Notes: generated by a model from the letters alone, not told the origin. Positions 38,148 to 48,262 are shown, counted from the first letter of the stretch. The stretch is DNA of 64,000 nt from Candidatus Sericytochromatia bacterium (GCA_036676985.1 JAKFBU010000001.1:130412-194411); one strand, 5' to 3'. Program-made: numbers and translations.

Positions 38148-39230
38148 TTAGCGACTCGCCGGAAGGGACTGGAGGTAGGCGATCGCCTCGTTCTCCGCCC
38201 ACCGCTCGTCCATCCAGGGCTCGCGCCGGGGCGCGCCCGCGTGGCTCAAGAAGCCCACGTGCCCCCCGTGCGTCGGAAAGAGGGCCGTCAGGTGGGGATT
38301 GGCTCGGATCGCCTCCAGGCGGGAGGCGTACATGCCGTAGGGCAGGAACGGATCGTCCTGGGCATGGATGATGAGGGTCGACACCGCGATGCGGTGCAGG
38401 TCGTCACCCGAACTCGCGCGGGCGTAGTAATCGGGCGCGTCGACGTAGCCGTTCCGGGGGGCCGTGATCAGGTCGTCGAACTGCCGCAGCGTCCGGATGG
38501 ACGGCAGCAGCTCCAGGACCGGCGCGAGCTCCTCGCCGCCCGGACTGAGCCGGACCTTGCGGCGCAGCTTGCGCTTGAGGCTGTTCAGGAAGAAGGCCTC
38601 GTAGCCCCAGTTGAGCCCCTCGCGGAAGGCCTTTCCGACCGCGGCCATCTCGATGGGCGGGGAGACGGCCACGGCCCCCGCCAGCCCCGCCGGAGGGGCG
38701 TCGCCGGCGTCCGCCAAGAGGCGCAGGAGCAGGTTGGCCCCCAGGGAGACCCCCGTCCCGTACACGTTCCGAAAGCCCCAGCGATCGCGCAGCTGCGCGA
38801 CCACCTCCAGCACGTCCGCCGTGCCGTGCCCGGTGTAGAGCCGGCGGGCCAGGTGCTCCGTGTCCCCACAGTTCCGGAAGTTGAGCCGCAGCGTGTGGAA
38901 CCCGGCCGCGAACGCCTTGGCGCTCAGCCCCACCTGGTAGTGCGAGTCCGCATGGCCTTCGAGGCCGTGCAGCTGCAGGACCACCGGCCGAAGCCGCTCG
39001 GGGTCGTCCGGCAGCAGGTGGAGGAACCCCTGGAGGCGATCGCCGTCGGAGAGCTCGAACAGCACCTCCTGGCCAGCGGTGCGCCATGCGGCATGCATGG
39101 CGGGAAGCTTGCGCGCGACCACTTCGCCCACCACCGTTTGCAGGTGCGGGTGGGTCAGGAGCCGGTGCGGCTCGAAGGGAGCAGGAGCGTAGGTCGAATC
39201 CGGCGGTAAGAGTGCGAGCATGGGGCCCAT
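38148..39230 (-). CDS. YheT-family alpha/beta hydrolase
   Basis: HPHLQT, LHGLEG, NFRNCG, GVSLGAN, IHAQDDPF, GGHVGF. Confidence 0.9.
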   Translation of the reverse strand: MGPMLALLPPDSTYAPAPFEPHRLLTHPHLQTVVGEVVARKLPAMHAAWRTAGQEVLFELSDGDRLQGFLHLLPDDPERLRPVVLQLHGLEGHADSHYQVGLSAKAFAAGFHTLRLNFRNCGDTEHLARRLYTGHGTADVLEVVAQLRDRWGFRNVYGTGVSLGANLLLRLLADAGDAPPAGLAGAVAVSPPIEMAAVGKAFREGLNWGYEAFFLNSLKRKLRRKVRLSPGGEELAPVLELLPSIRTLRQFDDLITAPRNGYVDAPDYYARASSGDDLHRIAVSTLIIHAQDDPFLPYGMYASRLEAIRANPHLTALFPTHGGHVGFLSHAGAPRREPWMDERWAENEAIAYLQSLPASR

Positions 39231-39262
39231 GATAGCACCATGACCGCCGGACCGCGTGGCGA

Positions 39263-39667
39263 TCAGCTTTCGAGCCACATGACCTTGAGCTTCTTCGGGA
39301 GCTGGGAGGCGACATCCTCCGACTCACCGGGGGTGATCTGATCCTTGAGGGTCCGGAAAACGGCGAGCGTCACCGCCTCGGCCTGGATCTCGTCCTGGAG
39401 GCCGGCCCTGTCGCGGACCCGGTCCACGAAGGCCTCACGCTCCAGCCGGTTGGGGCCCGAGACCTTGCTGATGATCTCCTGGAGGACGTTGCCCCGGCAC
39501 ATGTCGTCGATACCGGTGGGCAGCTGGGATTCGAGGTCCGTGGCCTCTTCGTTGGTGAGGCGGCCGCACAGCGTGCCGAGCACGGCCCCGGTGGCCTTCT
39601 CGGCGCGATCGCGCTCCTGGATTCCGCTCAAGGCTTGCACCCGGTGGATGAATTCGCCCTTGTTCAT
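39263..39667 (-). CDS. DUF2267 family protein
   Basis: EFIHRVQ..A..ATGAVLGTL..RL...EA.DLESQLP and a second copy ending DVASQLP. Confidence 0.85.
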   Translation of the reverse strand: MNKGEFIHRVQALSGIQERDRAEKATGAVLGTLCGRLTNEEATDLESQLPTGIDDMCRGNVLQEIISKVSGPNRLEREAFVDRVRDRAGLQDEIQAEAVTLAVFRTLKDQITPGESEDVASQLPKKLKVMWLES

Positions 39668-39862
39668 GGCCTCCTCCTCGTCGCATCCCTCGCAACGCGC
39701 TGTCGCTGGGACGTCAATCTTCGATCCGGGAGCCCCGAGGGTCAAGGCGCGCCCGGCCCCGTGTACCCCGTTTATTAACGAGGACTTAGCGCTCCCTTTA
39801 TCGGATTTGGACCCGGATCGGGCCATAACCCGCATGTCCCGAGTCGTTGGGAGACGATTGCC

Positions 39863-41494
39863 ATGGGTGGACCCTCGACCGTAACGCTGCTAGGAATGGG
39901 CCCGGGCTCCGCGAACGCGGAGCGCTTCGCCCGGCTGCGTTCGCTCGTCCAGTCCACCACTCCCCCCCCACCCAAGGTCGACACCACCTCCTGGAGCCGC
40001 GAAGCCCACACCTATCACCGCGGCGACCATGTGCAGGCCGAGGCGCACTCGCGCGCGCTCGCCCGGAGCGTGCACGTGACGGGTCCCGACTACCGGCTGG
40101 GGGCGACCCAGACCCAGTTGGACGCCGCCGGCCGCTTCCACGCCCAGGTTTCAGGCTCATCGTCCACCGGAGCCGCCCAGGGAACGGCCTTTGCCCAGGG
40201 CGAGGGCGTCGCCCATGCCAGCACCCAGAGCTCCTACGTCCGGGCCCCGGGGATCCTGGCCGCGCAGGGCCGGGCGCTCGCCATGGCGGCCGGGCGCATC
40301 CGGGCCGCGGCGGCCGGGCACCTCGAGACGGGCGACGTGTCCCTCAACGGCGTGGCCGCCATGGAGGCCGAGGGGATGGCCCGCTCGGTCGCCGAGGGCC
40401 AGGTCATCGTCCAGCCCACCCTCTTGGCGGCCCAGGGCCGCCTCCTGGCCGAAGCGGCGGGACGCATCCGCGCGGCCGCGGGCGGCCATGCTCAGCTGGG
40501 CCAGACCCTCGCCGTGACGGCCGTGGGCGTGGCCGAGGCGGAGGCCGTCGCGCGAGCGGAGGCCATGGGCCAGGTCGTCGTCAGCCCCACCCAGTTCACG
40601 GCCATGGGCAAGACCGAGGCCATGGCGCTCGCACGGGCCCGGGCGGGGGCCGAGGGGCGGGTGGACGTCAACAACGAATTGCTCGCCGAGGCGGGGCTCG
40701 CCGCCGAGACGGCCACGGGCGGAGAGGCCCGCACCGAGGGCCTGGTGCACGTGGGCGTGGACCGCTTCGGGCTCCCGTCGTTCGGCATCGGCGCCAACAT
40801 GGAGGCGGCGTCGGGCGCGTGGGCCAAGACCCAGGCCAAGGGGCGGATCAACATCCTGGGGCTCATCCAGCTGGGAGCGAGCGGCTCGGTGGAGGCCCTG
40901 GCCGGCGCGGCCGCCGGGCTCAACGGCAAGCTCCACTACCAGGATGGCGCCATCACGCTGGGGCTGGGGGGCAAGGCCGCCGCGGGCGTGGGCGCGGGGG
41001 CCGGCGCGTCGGTGACGGTCGGGCTCGGCAAGCTGCCGGGCGGCGTGCTGCAGGCCGTGGGGTCGCCCATCCTGCCCCTGCCGGGACTGCTCGGGACGTC
41101 CATCGTGCGGGGCTTCCGCTCGCTCACGGGCGCCGAGGGCCCGGACCCGACGAAGGGTCAGCCGGGGATCGAGGACTTCCCGCGGGTGGTGGCGGACAAC
41201 TTCACCAACGGCGTCAAGCTCATCGGGGCAGGGGCCGTGGAGGTGGCGGACCAGGTGGTCGGCATCGGCAAGGCGGTGGCCGACGGGGCCGTGGCCGTGG
41301 GCGGTGCCGTGGTGGACGGCGCGGTGTTCGTCGGCAAGGGCGTGGCCAAGGGGGCCGTGGCGGTGGGGACGGCCGTGGCGGATGGCGTGGTGTTCGTGGG
41401 CAAGGGGATTGCCGATGGTACGGTGGCGGCGGTCAAGGGCGTGGGGTCGTTCTTCGGGGGGATCGGGAAGGGGATTGCGAGTATTTTCGATTAG
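39863..41494 (+). CDS. Ala/Gly-rich repetitive hypothetical protein
   Basis: 543-aa ORF with host-like codons; repeated AxAxG beta-like segments; C-terminal 11-residue VGK/TxVADG repeats. Confidence 0.7.
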   Translation: MGGPSTVTLLGMGPGSANAERFARLRSLVQSTTPPPPKVDTTSWSREAHTYHRGDHVQAEAHSRALARSVHVTGPDYRLGATQTQLDAAGRFHAQVSGSSSTGAAQGTAFAQGEGVAHASTQSSYVRAPGILAAQGRALAMAAGRIRAAAAGHLETGDVSLNGVAAMEAEGMARSVAEGQVIVQPTLLAAQGRLLAEAAGRIRAAAGGHAQLGQTLAVTAVGVAEAEAVARAEAMGQVVVSPTQFTAMGKTEAMALARARAGAEGRVDVNNELLAEAGLAAETATGGEARTEGLVHVGVDRFGLPSFGIGANMEAASGAWAKTQAKGRINILGLIQLGASGSVEALAGAAAGLNGKLHYQDGAITLGLGGKAAAGVGAGAGASVTVGLGKLPGGVLQAVGSPILPLPGLLGTSIVRGFRSLTGAEGPDPTKGQPGIEDFPRVVADNFTNGVKLIGAGAVEVADQVVGIGKAVADGAVAVGGAVVDGAVFVGKGVAKGAVAVGTAVADGVVFVGKGIADGTVAAVKGVGSFFGGIGKGIASIFD

Positions 41495-41496
41495 CT

Positions 41497-41683
41497 GCTG
41501 AAGCGCCTGCCAGGTTACCACCCCCCCTTCCCCCCCTGCTTCGCAAGGGGGGCTTAATGCGTCCTGCTGCGCAGGTTTGAAGTGGGGCGGCGCCTGACAT
41601 CCCTGCCCCCGCCAGGGGGCAAAAAGGCCCCCCTTGCGAAGCAGGGGGGGTTGGGGGGGTGGTAACTGGGCAAGCGCTTCAGC
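41497..41683. mobile_element. MITE-like element with about 59-bp terminal inverted repeats
   Basis: GCTGAAGCGCCTGCCAGGTTACCACCCCCCCTTCCCCCCCTGCTTCGCAAGGGGGGCTT at 41497-41555 and a near-perfect reverse complement at 41625-41683. Confidence 0.65.
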
Positions 41684-42611
41684 GCCGCAACGCCTCCACC
41701 CGGATCTGCCCCATCAACCTATCCACCTGCTCCAGCCGGATCATGCCGGCGCCTTGTGCCTGGGCATTGGCCGCCCCGGTCGCAGCCGCCAGGCGGCTCG
41801 CCTCCTTGATGGGCAGCTTGCGCTGGAGGCCCACCAGGAAGCCCGCGAGGAACGCATCCCCGCTGCCGATCGGGTTCATCGCCTTGACGGGGGGCGCGAT
41901 GATGCGCCACCGCTCGCCCTCGAAGCCCACCGCCGCGCCGCGCTCGCCCAGGGTCACGATGGCGATCTGGCTCTTGGCCATGAAGTACTCGATCGCCTGC
42001 GAGATGCGCGACTCCGAATCGAGCGCGTACCCCACCAGCTCCTCGGCTTCCTTCTGGTTGGGCTTCACGAGGTAGGGACGGCCCTCGAGGGCGTGGTACA
42101 GCACGGGCCCCTTGGCATCCACGTACGCCCGGCCGCCCGCGCGCTGGAAGGCCTCGACCCACTTGCGATAGGAATCCTGGGGCACGCCGGGCGGAAGGCT
42201 GCCCGAGAAGACCATGTCCCCAGCCTTCTGGCTCCACTTGTTGAGCAGGGAGGTGAGCTTCGTGACCTCCTGGACCGTCACGTCGGGCCCGAGCTCGTTG
42301 AGCTCGGTGATCATCATGCGCGCCTGGTCGACGATGGCGAGGCAGGTGCGGGACTCGCCCTGGATGACGGCGAAGTCCGTCCCGATGCCGCTCCGCTCGA
42401 GGCCCAGCTTGATGAACTTGCCGGCCTCTCCCCCGATGAAGCCCGTGGCCACCACCGGAGCTCCGAAGGCCTTGAGGACCCGAGCCACGTTGATGCCCTT
42501 GCCGCCCGGCATGGCCGGGATCGACTTGACCTCGTTGACGGCGTTGAGCGTGAAGCCCGACATGATGGCCGTGCGATCGATGGCGGCGTTGGGGGTGACG
42601 GTGACGATCAA
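41679..42611 (-). CDS. 1-phosphofructokinase-family (PfkB/LacC) hexose kinase
   Basis: IVTVTPNAAIDRT, PGGKGINVA, SGSLPPG, VKPNQKE, NPIGSGDAFLAG; TTG start after GGAG. Confidence 0.92.
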   Translation of the reverse strand: MIVTVTPNAAIDRTAIMSGFTLNAVNEVKSIPAMPGGKGINVARVLKAFGAPVVATGFIGGEAGKFIKLGLERSGIGTDFAVIQGESRTCLAIVDQARMMITELNELGPDVTVQEVTKLTSLLNKWSQKAGDMVFSGSLPPGVPQDSYRKWVEAFQRAGGRAYVDAKGPVLYHALEGRPYLVKPNQKEAEELVGYALDSESRISQAIEYFMAKSQIAIVTLGERGAAVGFEGERWRIIAPPVKAMNPIGSGDAFLAGFLVGLQRKLPIKEASRLAAATGAANAQAQGAGMIRLEQVDRLMGQIRVEALRR

Positions 42612-42715
42612 GTGGGCTCCAGGACGGCGACGGGGTAGTAACAACCTGTAATCATATAGGAAAATTCCGCTTTTTGGATGGTAGCGGACACGCCTTTTCG
42701 GCAAGCCCCCTGGAA

Positions 42716-43891
42716 TCAGGCCCTCGAATAGGTCAGTCCAGCGGCCTGCATGCGGCTGATCGCCTCATCGAGACGCCCAACCGGTTGCGTGAGCGCCATC
42801 CGGAACCACCCCTCGCCCCGAGAGCCGTACGCCACGCCGGGCGGCACCACGATCCCCGCGTCGTCCAGCATGCGGGCGGCGAACTCGAGCGAGGTCATGC
42901 CTACGGGCACCCGCGCCCAGAGGTAGAAGGCCCCCTGGTTGGGCGTCACCTCCCAGCCCAGGGACCGGAGGCCCTTCACCAGGGCGTCGCGGCGCTCCTG
43001 GTAGCGATCGCACAAGTCCGGCAGGTGATCCTGCGGGCCGTCGAGGGCCGCGATCGCCGCTCGCTGAACGGCCGCCCACACGCCCGTGTCGGTGTTGCTC
43101 TTGACCACGCCGAGGGCCCGGATGGCCTCCGCCGCGCCCACGGCCATGCCGATGCGCCAGCCCGTCATGTTGAAGGTCTTGGACAGCGAGTTGAACTCGA
43201 TGGCCACGTCCTTGGCTCCCGGCACCTCGAGGATGGACGGGGCCACATGGCCGTCGAAGGCGATCTCCGAGTAGGCGAGGTCGTGGGCCAGGAGCACGTC
43301 GTGCTGCCTCGCCCAGGCCACGGCCGTCTCGAGGCTCTCGCGGCTCGCGACCGCCCCGGTGGGGTTGTTGGGGTAGTTCAGGAAGAGCAACTTGGCGCGC
43401 CGGGCCACCTCGTCCGGGATCCGGTCGAAGTCTGGCAGCCAGCCGCGCTCGGGGTCGAGGGGCAGGGAGTAGGGCTCGCCGCCGGCCAAGCGGGTGGCCG
43501 TGGCGTAGGCGGGGTAGCCGGGATCCGGGATCAGGGCGACGTCCCCCGGGTCGATGAAGGCGTAGAAGAGGTTGACGAGGCCTTCCTTGGAGCCGATGAG
43601 GGCCATGACCTCGCGCTTGGGGTCGAGCTCGACGCCGAAGCGCCGGGCGTAGTAGCGGGCGACGGCCTCCTTGAAGGCCTGGGTCCCGTCGTAGGGGGGG
43701 TATCGGTGGGTATCCGGGTCGTCGGCGGCGGAGTGGAGGGCGGCGACGATGTGGGGCGGCGTGGGGAAGTCGGGGATGCCGGCGCCGAGGTCGATGACGT
43801 CGACGCCCCGGGCGATGGCCTCGGCCTTGCGCGCGTTGATGCCCGCGAAGACGTAGGGCGGCAGCTCGGCGATACGGCGGGCAATGCGCAT
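42716..43891 (-). CDS. dapL: Class I/II PLP aminotransferase, probable LL-diaminopimelate aminotransferase
   Basis: LPPYVFA, LIGSKEG, NYPNNPTG, HDLAYSE, SLSKTFNMTGWRIG; directly downstream of dapF. Confidence 0.8.
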   Translation of the reverse strand: MRIARRIAELPPYVFAGINARKAEAIARGVDVIDLGAGIPDFPTPPHIVAALHSAADDPDTHRYPPYDGTQAFKEAVARYYARRFGVELDPKREVMALIGSKEGLVNLFYAFIDPGDVALIPDPGYPAYATATRLAGGEPYSLPLDPERGWLPDFDRIPDEVARRAKLLFLNYPNNPTGAVASRESLETAVAWARQHDVLLAHDLAYSEIAFDGHVAPSILEVPGAKDVAIEFNSLSKTFNMTGWRIGMAVGAAEAIRALGVVKSNTDTGVWAAVQRAAIAALDGPQDHLPDLCDRYQERRDALVKGLRSLGWEVTPNQGAFYLWARVPVGMTSLEFAARMLDDAGIVVPPGVAYGSRGEGWFRMALTQPVGRLDEAISRMQAAGLTYSRA

Positions 43892-43972
43892 GGGGGTCCC
43901 CTCCTTGCAACTACGAGTCTTACAAAGGGTTATCCGGGCCGCAGCAGCGATACCTCGAGACCAACAACCATC

Positions 43973-44005
43973 CCGTTCACCCTGAGGCTATCGAAGGGCG
44001 AACGG
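43973..44005. repeat. REP-like hairpin of the second family
   Basis: CCGTTCACCCTGAGGCTATCGAAGGGCGAACGG, the reverse-complement relative of 4418-4451. Confidence 0.6.
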
Positions 44006-44010
44006 ACTCC

Positions 44011-44886
44011 TTACCCCACCTCCACCGGTGCCGGCTGGAAGTCGAACAAATCCACCACCCCCGTGAACACGACCGCCGCAGGGCCCGCCATGTACACGTG
44101 GTCGTTCTCCGCCCACTCGATGTCCAGGATCCCCCCGGGCAGCTCGATCTGCGCCTTGCGCTGCGCCCGCCCGCTCAGCACCCCCGCGACCAGCGTCGCG
44201 CAGGCGCCCGTGCCGCAGGCGAGCGTCGGACCCACCCCGCGCTCGTAGACCTTGACCCGCAGGAAGCCCGGGTTCAAGACCTGCACGAACTCGACGTTCG
44301 CATGCCGGGGAAAGGCGCGATGCGCCTCCAAGAGGGGCCCATAGGTCGCGAACTCGGCCTCGTCGAGCTTGTCGACGAAGGTCACGACGTGCGGGTTGCC
44401 CATGGAGACGGCCGTGATGAGGAAGGTGCGATCGCCCACCGTCAGGGGCTCCTGGATCACGCGCTGGTCCGGGTTGCCCTCCATGGGGATCTCCGAGCGC
44501 AACAGGCGCGGGGCGCCCATGTCCACGCGCACGCCCTTGGCATGGCCGTCCGGCGCCATCTGCAGCTCCACCTCCAGCACCCCGGCGCCCGTCTCGACCT
44601 GCATGGTCGTCGCATCCGTCAGGCCGTAGGTGTGCAGGTAGTAGGCGAAGCAGCGCAGCCCGTTGCCGCACATCTCGGGCTCGGAGCCGTCCGCGTTGAC
44701 GATGCGCATCCGGAAGTCCGCGACCTCCGACGGCAGGATGAGCAGCAAGCCGTCCGCCCCGATGCCGTAGTGGCGATCGCAGAGCCTGGGTGCCATGGCC
44801 GCCCAGTCCACCGGGCGATCGCCCATGGAGCAGTCGATCACGATGAAATCGTTGCCGAGGCCCTGCATCTTGGTAAAGGGAAGCAT
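44011..44886 (-). CDS. dapF: Diaminopimelate epimerase
   Basis: FTKMQGLGNDF, GIGADG, NADGSEPEMCGNGLRC, SMGNPH, ERGVGPTLACGTGACA. Confidence 0.97.
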   Translation of the reverse strand: MLPFTKMQGLGNDFIVIDCSMGDRPVDWAAMAPRLCDRHYGIGADGLLLILPSEVADFRMRIVNADGSEPEMCGNGLRCFAYYLHTYGLTDATTMQVETGAGVLEVELQMAPDGHAKGVRVDMGAPRLLRSEIPMEGNPDQRVIQEPLTVGDRTFLITAVSMGNPHVVTFVDKLDEAEFATYGPLLEAHRAFPRHANVEFVQVLNPGFLRVKVYERGVGPTLACGTGACATLVAGVLSGRAQRKAQIELPGGILDIEWAENDHVYMAGPAAVVFTGVVDLFDFQPAPVEVG

Positions 44887-44898
44887 GTTCGAAGGCTC

Positions 44899-45807
44899 CT
44901 AGGGAGTGCGGCCGAAGCGCGCCCGGACGAGGTCCAGGGCCTGATCCAGGGTATCACCTTCCTCCGCGTCGAGCCACTGCACGCCCTCTTCGTGGCGGAA
45001 CCACGTGAGCTGGCGCTTGGCGTATTGGCGGGTGTGCTGCTGGATGAGCCGGACGGCCTCTTCCTGGTCCGTGCGGCCGCGCAGGTAGTCGAGCGTCTCG
45101 GCGTACCCCAGGGTCGAGAGCAAGGGCAGGTCCTCGCCATAGCGCTCAACGAGGCGCTCCACCTCGTCCTCGAGGCCTTGCTCGAACATGAGATGCGTTC
45201 GGGCGTTGATGCGCTCGTAGAGGCGATCGCGCTCCATGCCGATGGCGAGGTACAGCACGTCGTAGGGGGGCTCGACACGCGTAGCGGCCTCGGACAGGGG
45301 CTTGCCCAGGACCGCATGGACCTCGAGCGCCCGGATGATCCGCACCCGGTCGTTGGGGTGCAGCCGCCGGGCCGTGACCGGGTCCACCTCGGCGAGCTGG
45401 TCGATGGGGTTCGCGAGGGCTTCGAAGCGGGCCCTCAGCTCGGGCTGCGGGGGCACCTCGGGGATGGAGAGGCCGCCTATCATGGAGCGGATGTAGAAGC
45501 CCGTCCCCCCGACCAGCATGGGCAGCATGCCCTGGTCCCGGGCCTCCTGCACGGCCGCCGTGGCGTCCGCCTTGTAACGGGCGACGGTGTAGGTGTCGCG
45601 CGGGTCGGCCACGTCGATGAGGCGGTGGGGGACGCTCGCGAGCTCCTCGGGGGACGGCTTGGCCGTCCCGATGTCGAAGTCCCGGTAGACCGTGCGCGAG
45701 TCCGCCGCGACGATCACGCCGCCGAGGCGGGACGCGAGGTCCAGGGCGAGCCGGCTCTTGCCGCTGGCCGTGGGCCCCGCGATCACGAGCAAGGGGGGTT
45801 TGGGCAT
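44899..45807 (-). CDS. miaA: tRNA dimethylallyltransferase
   Basis: IAGPTASGKS, DSRTVYRDFDIGTAKP, VGGTGFY, TRQYAKRQLTWFR. Confidence 0.96.
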   Translation of the reverse strand: MPKPPLLVIAGPTASGKSRLALDLASRLGGVIVAADSRTVYRDFDIGTAKPSPEELASVPHRLIDVADPRDTYTVARYKADATAAVQEARDQGMLPMLVGGTGFYIRSMIGGLSIPEVPPQPELRARFEALANPIDQLAEVDPVTARRLHPNDRVRIIRALEVHAVLGKPLSEAATRVEPPYDVLYLAIGMERDRLYERINARTHLMFEQGLEDEVERLVERYGEDLPLLSTLGYAETLDYLRGRTDQEEAVRLIQQHTRQYAKRQLTWFRHEEGVQWLDAEEGDTLDQALDLVRARFGRTP

Positions 45808-45809
45808 CC

Positions 45810-46478
45810 TCAATCCTCGGCCATGGCTCCGACGGCCGGCCGGAACTTCCACACGAAGTCCGCCCAGCCGGGCGCCCCCGAGATGCGCAGGGTCACGGCT
45901 CCCGTGCGGCCGTCGAAGAGGGGACCCTTCTGGACGTCCTTGATGGGGAACCAGACCCTGAAGGAGCCCGTCCAGGCCTCGCCGTCCGAGCCCTGCTCGA
46001 TCTCGCCGATGTCCAGGGGGCCCCACTGGCGACCGTGGTCGTCCAAGAGCGTGAAGGTCCAGCCCACTTTGGGGTTGGTGGTGCGCTGGGGCTGGTAGAG
46101 CTTGTCGAAGCGCCAGCGGACGTCGAAGGGCATGCGATCGCCCCGGGCCCCGTAGAGCACCTCCCACAGCTGGCGGTCGTAACCGTCGCTGACTTCGCGG
46201 CCGTTGCTGCGCGCATGCCAGGCAATCTCGTCGGAGCCGACCTCCGGATCGATCATGGTGACAGCGGCGGATCCCCGGACCCCCAGGGCCTCGGTGCGGG
46301 TCCAGTGGGCCCGGCTCGCCTCGTACTCGTTCGCGCGGCCCATCGATCCCGGGAAGGCCGTGCTGTCGGTGCGCTGCATGATCTGGTAACTCGGTCTGCA
46401 TGCCGTGGTGAAAGCAAGAGCGAGCGTAAGGACGGCGGTGAGGCGCACAAGACGGGACAAGGAGGTCTCCTCCGGCAC
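45810..46478 (-). CDS. Hypothetical lipoprotein
   Basis: Lipobox TTAC; ends 2 nt before the miaA start. Confidence 0.65.
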   Translation of the reverse strand: MPEETSLSRLVRLTAVLTLALAFTTACRPSYQIMQRTDSTAFPGSMGRANEYEASRAHWTRTEALGVRGSAAVTMIDPEVGSDEIAWHARSNGREVSDGYDRQLWEVLYGARGDRMPFDVRWRFDKLYQPQRTTNPKVGWTFTLLDDHGRQWGPLDIGEIEQGSDGEAWTGSFRVWFPIKDVQKGPLFDGRTGAVTLRISGAPGWADFVWKFRPAVGAMAED

Positions 46479-46626
46479 AAAACGCGAAATCAGGCGTCAA
46501 CAGCTGATTCTAGCACAGCTGGAGCGACAGACCATGCGATGCGCCCGGCCCCATTGTCATCTACCATAGCGCCACACGCCGTCCCGGGCGCGTGGGTACG
46601 TACGACCCTTCGAAGGGAGGTGGCAG

Positions 46627-47178
46627 ATGGTTGGGCCGCGTCGCTGGATCGTGGGGCTGATCGCATTGGCGAGCACCGTGATCCCGGCAAACCTTGCCGA
46701 GGCGAAGGTCGGAGAGACGGTGGAGAACTTCGAAGCCGGCCCCATGGTCACGTCCGGCCAGGTCGCCTTCCTGGAGCCCTTTTCCCTCAAGAACAAGACC
46801 ATGAACGGGGTCACCTACCGCGCCACCGAGGCCTTCAAGAAGGCCTGCCAGATCATGCTGGTCGTCCAGAACGGCCGCATCACCAGCGAGATCTTCGCGA
46901 TCCCCGTGGTGGGCGACCCGGATATCCTCAAGCTCGAGCGTGAGCTGCTGGACAGCTTCCTGGCGCAGTCGGGAATTCCCGAGAAGTTCCATGAACAGGT
47001 CCGCGAGCAGATGGTCAAGGCCATGGACGGCGAGCAGATCTCCGCGCAGGTAGGGGGCCATGCCGTACAATCCATGCTGATCCCGGCCGACGTGCCCTTG
47101 CTGGTCATCGCGGTCGCCAAGGACAAGGCCTCTTTGCCGTTGCCCAAGCCGAAGATCGAGCCCCAGGCGGTCCAATAG
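46627..47178 (+). CDS. Hypothetical exported protein
   Basis: GGAGG RBS; signal peptide ending AEA. Confidence 0.65.
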   Translation: MVGPRRWIVGLIALASTVIPANLAEAKVGETVENFEAGPMVTSGQVAFLEPFSLKNKTMNGVTYRATEAFKKACQIMLVVQNGRITSEIFAIPVVGDPDILKLERELLDSFLAQSGIPEKFHEQVREQMVKAMDGEQISAQVGGHAVQSMLIPADVPLLVIAVAKDKASLPLPKPKIEPQAVQ

Positions 47179-47227
47179 GAGCACTCGGTGGTACTCTGGT
47201 AGCGTCCCGTCGTTCCGGAGGCCACCC

Positions 47228-48262
47228 ATGAAGCGCAGCTTTCCCGTCCAAGCTTCCCTCGGTCCCGCCAAGCCCGTGCCCATCGCGTTGTACGGGCTGG
47301 GGGCCATCGGCTGCGAGGTCGCCCGCCTGGCCATCGGCAAGCGAGCGCTACACGTGGTGGCCGCCATCGACACGGACCAGGAGAAGATCGGCAAGGACCT
47401 GGCCGAGGTGGCCCGGCTCTCCATGCCCACGGGCGTGACGGTCGTCGCGAACGCGGAGGCGGCGGCCGAGGCCGGGGCCGAGGTGGTCATCCACTCGACC
47501 CAGTCCTTCTTTCCGGACGTCGTGAGCCAGCTGTGGGACCTCGCCGCCGCCGGGCTCAACGTCGTGAGCTCGGCCGAGGAGCTGAGCTTTCCCTTCCTGA
47601 AGCATCGCGACCAGGCGCTCGAGCTCGATGCCTACGCGCGGACGCAGGGCGTCCGCCTGCTGGGCACGGGCGTGAATCCGGGCTTCGTCATGGACACGCT
47701 GCCGCTCATCGCCACTGCCGCCTGCCAGGAAATGCGCCGGATCCACATCGAGCGCGTGGTGAACGCCTCGCGGCGCCGCTACAACCTCCAGAAGAAGATC
47801 GGCTCCGGCATGACCGTCGAGCAGTTCGAGGCGGAGATGGCGAGCGGACGGATGGGGCACATCGGCCTGGTCGAGAGCGTGGCCATGGTGGCCGCGGGTC
47901 TTGGCTGGGAGCTCGACCGCATCGACGAGGAGATCACCCCGGTGGTCGCCGAGACGGCCCTCAAGAGCGAGCACTTCGACCTGGCGCCGGGGATGGTGGC
48001 GGGCCTGCGGCAGACGGCCGTGGGGTATCGGGACGACGAGGAGCTCATCACCCTGTACCTGGAGATGGCGCTCGGAGCGGCGAATCCGCGCGATCGCGTG
48101 ACGATCGCGGGCATGCCCGACATGATCCTCGAGGTGCCGGGCGGCACCCACGGCGACGTAGCGACCGCCGCGGTGCTCGTCAACGCCGTGCCTCGGTTGT
48201 TGGAGACGTCTCCGGGCCTCAAGACCATGCTCGACTTGCCCCTGAGCCGCTACATACCCTAG
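47228..48262 (+). CDS. NAD(P)-dependent DapB/2,4-diaminopentanoate dehydrogenase-like oxidoreductase
   Basis: YGLGAIG, VVSSAEEL.FP, GTGVNPGFVMD, GDVATAAVLVNAVP..PGLKTMLDLP. Confidence 0.82.
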   Translation: MKRSFPVQASLGPAKPVPIALYGLGAIGCEVARLAIGKRALHVVAAIDTDQEKIGKDLAEVARLSMPTGVTVVANAEAAAEAGAEVVIHSTQSFFPDVVSQLWDLAAAGLNVVSSAEELSFPFLKHRDQALELDAYARTQGVRLLGTGVNPGFVMDTLPLIATAACQEMRRIHIERVVNASRRRYNLQKKIGSGMTVEQFEAEMASGRMGHIGLVESVAMVAAGLGWELDRIDEEITPVVAETALKSEHFDLAPGMVAGLRQTAVGYRDDEELITLYLEMALGAANPRDRVTIAGMPDMILEVPGGTHGDVATAAVLVNAVPRLLETSPGLKTMLDLPLSRYIP

